NCBI RefSeq assembly: GCF_004010195.1
Contig: NC_057756.1
Coordinates: forward strand, 839,805 to 903,804
From: Chiloscyllium plagiosum
Lineage: Eukaryota
Reading direction: 5' to 3'
DNA length: 64,000 bases
Shown here: piece by piece, positions 62,205 to 64,000 of the stretch
Layout: each line of letters starts with the position of its first letter
How positions within the stretch are numbered: the first letter of the stretch is position 1
Position numbers and translations under genes: made by a program
Notes under the pieces: model-generated
Database searches by the model: none
Told to the model about the DNA's origin: nothing
The model's input: only the letters and a program-made list of their open reading frames with translations

Positions 62205-62740
62205 ATATCTGGTCAGGCAACATCAGTTGAGAGCGAGGAAGCTAACGTTTCTCATCTCGACGGCTCCATCAGAGCTAATGTGAAGTGTGGAGGGCGTGGT
62301 ATTGATGCAATAGTGTCGTCGAGGAGTGCTCAGGAAGAAAGGGTGCTGGTACTGCAGATTAAGTGATTGGAATGTGAGAATGGCAGAACAATTGTGTGCC
62401 TGACTGCCAAACTGTAAAGAACAGATCATCCCCCTGGAGCGCTGGAGGGAACAGAAATCGTGGTGTCAGAAAACGCAACAAATAAAGAAAAAGAAAGGGG
62501 AGAAGTAGAAGTAAGTTCTCAATCTTACGGTGTTGAAATCAATATAAAATCCAAAAGATTGCAGCGTGCCTAGTCTGACATTTATTCGCAAGTACAAGCT
62601 TTCGTATTACTGCTCCTTCATTCTTCACTGGCTATCTGATGAAGGAGCAGTGCTCCAAAAGCTTGCACTCCAAATAAACCTGTGAATTTAATCTGCTTTA
62701 TGTGATCTCTGACTTTGACCACTCCACCAGCACCTTCACA
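62205..62740. mobile_element. Decayed Penelope-like fragments with terminal hammerhead-like repeats
   Basis: Minus-strand ctgatggagccgtc...gaaacgttagc near 62240-62275; plus-strand ctgatgaaggagcagtgctccaaaagc at 62636, with an inverted copy at about 62595-62620. Confidence 0.55.
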
Positions 62741-63419
62741 TTGTAACCTGAGGATAAGATGATAACATGTTGCTCCTCCAGTTTTCGTTGTGATTCGCTT
62801 TAATACTAAAGTGTACTATTGCCACACTCCTGCGAATATTCCGATCTGTTGTTCCTGTCTGTAAAACAGCTCCCAATCTAGGAAAACATGTTACTCTCAA
62901 TAGCACACACAGTAATTGTACATGCGAAGCTCTGATGAGAGATTTCATGAAAAGACACCTAAAAGTCTAAATAAAACCGCAACCAATACACACCTTAACT
63001 CCACCTCCACCCCCCACCCCCCACCTTACTATCTCTGCTAGCTATATCTTTGAAATGTTCAGTAGATTTATCAAGCATGATTTTCATTCCTAAATTTTAG
63101 GACAAAGGGATAGTTTGAACTTGTATCAAATTCAACGCTTAAAGAAAATCGAAGCAGTCGTTGTGGAAATTATTTGTAAGCAGTGCAGCATAAATCCACC
63201 AATTCCTGCTTCCACGTCATGCTTTAAAGAACGTTATGAGGTCGAGTCACATCCAAATCTCAGTCGCAGCTTCCAAGTATACTCTGAATTAGCGCTTCCA
63301 TTCCTTTATGGTGAAGATTTCCAAAGATCCAGAAATCTCAGTATGAAGGCATTGATCTTCAACAACGTCAGAAATTGCATAATTCTTGTTCAGAGAATTT
63401 GGGATTTACTTCTTGACTG

Positions 63420-63812
63420 CACTTGACTGAACAAAGAAGGCGCGATAATACTTCAGAGAGATTAGACACACCTTTTTTAAGATCACAAAAACACAACAGA
63501 TTGATGAAAGGATCAGAGGCCATAGACCTGAGGGATACTTCACAAAATGTTTGGAGGAGATGATTGGAAAACATTTTTTTTAAATCACCCACAGGATAAT
63601 GAGAGTCTAGAATTCACTGCCTATCAGATCAGTCAGTGTATTTACACTTCATAACATTTGCAAATTATTTATATGCGAACTTGCAATATGAAGGCAGATA
63701 ATTCTGTGAGCCAAGTGCTAGGAAATCGGTCTAATATCGTTGGATGTTGTTGACTGCAGTAGACATGATGATCTTAATGGCCCTTTTCTGTGCCATGAAT
63801 CTCTATGACGAT
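63420..63812 (+). mobile_element. Old CR1 3' fragment
   Basis: cagaggccatag, agaattcactgcct, aatggcccttttctgtgc and a ctctatgac tail. Confidence 0.6.
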
Positions 63813-64000
63813 AATTCCACATGTCGGGGAATCATGATGGGTAATCTAATGATGAGCTCCATATTCTTCTATGTTTCTTCTGAAAGGCAGCAAACAGATG
63901 CCCATTCTGCACAGTCTTATAAAAATGATTACATATGCCAATGATCACTCTAGTAAAGTTTAATTGAACTCCCTGTATCCCAAATGCTCATTGTTTATGA

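Noticed and set aside
1-64000. CRISPR arrays, operons, rRNA or intact transposon ORFs
   Set aside because: Eukaryotic intronic DNA: no regularly spaced repeats or rRNA were seen, and all TE coding regions are truncated or disrupted.

Overview
AT-rich, repeat-dense vertebrate DNA, very likely from a shark (inferred from HE1-type SINEs, several CR1 LINE subfamilies and shark-type Penelope repeats). It contains one 500-N scaffold gap at 33156-33655. None of the ORF-track ORFs is a complete host gene; the recognisable ones are decayed transposon frames. The main hidden signal is a + strand host gene that the ORF track does not resolve. It has 14 canonical AG/GT micro-exons of only 15, 27 or 36 nt (399 nt in total, spread over 57.5 kb), all symmetric phase 1-1, plus one GC-donor candidate. 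Spliced in order they give a stop-free E/K-rich coiled coil: (E)EAKK-ELSDCQDKVKDL-ESKIKEKQT-ELEKCQEALKEA-EEKLKNNVK-EFQEYKETC-KTDLEQKDS-EIENLNNKIQEL-EKRKK-ELEAKEKLD-DEETREKDS-EIAALNKELQDS-EERLKQKDK-ELEKLKTRLADV. The exon sizes (5 or 12 aa versus 9 aa) pair up to whole heptads. No start or stop exon was found in the window, so the gene is unnamed; a BG/butyrophilin-type heptad tail is one hypothesis. The introns hold two Gmr1-type Gypsy elements (integrase before RT in the complete copy), many CR1 fragments (one near full length), Penelope-like elements with GIY-YIG and minimal hammerhead ribozyme motifs, SINEs and a possible ERV env/PPT/LTR remnant. Repeat boundaries and family names come from reading by eye and are approximate.
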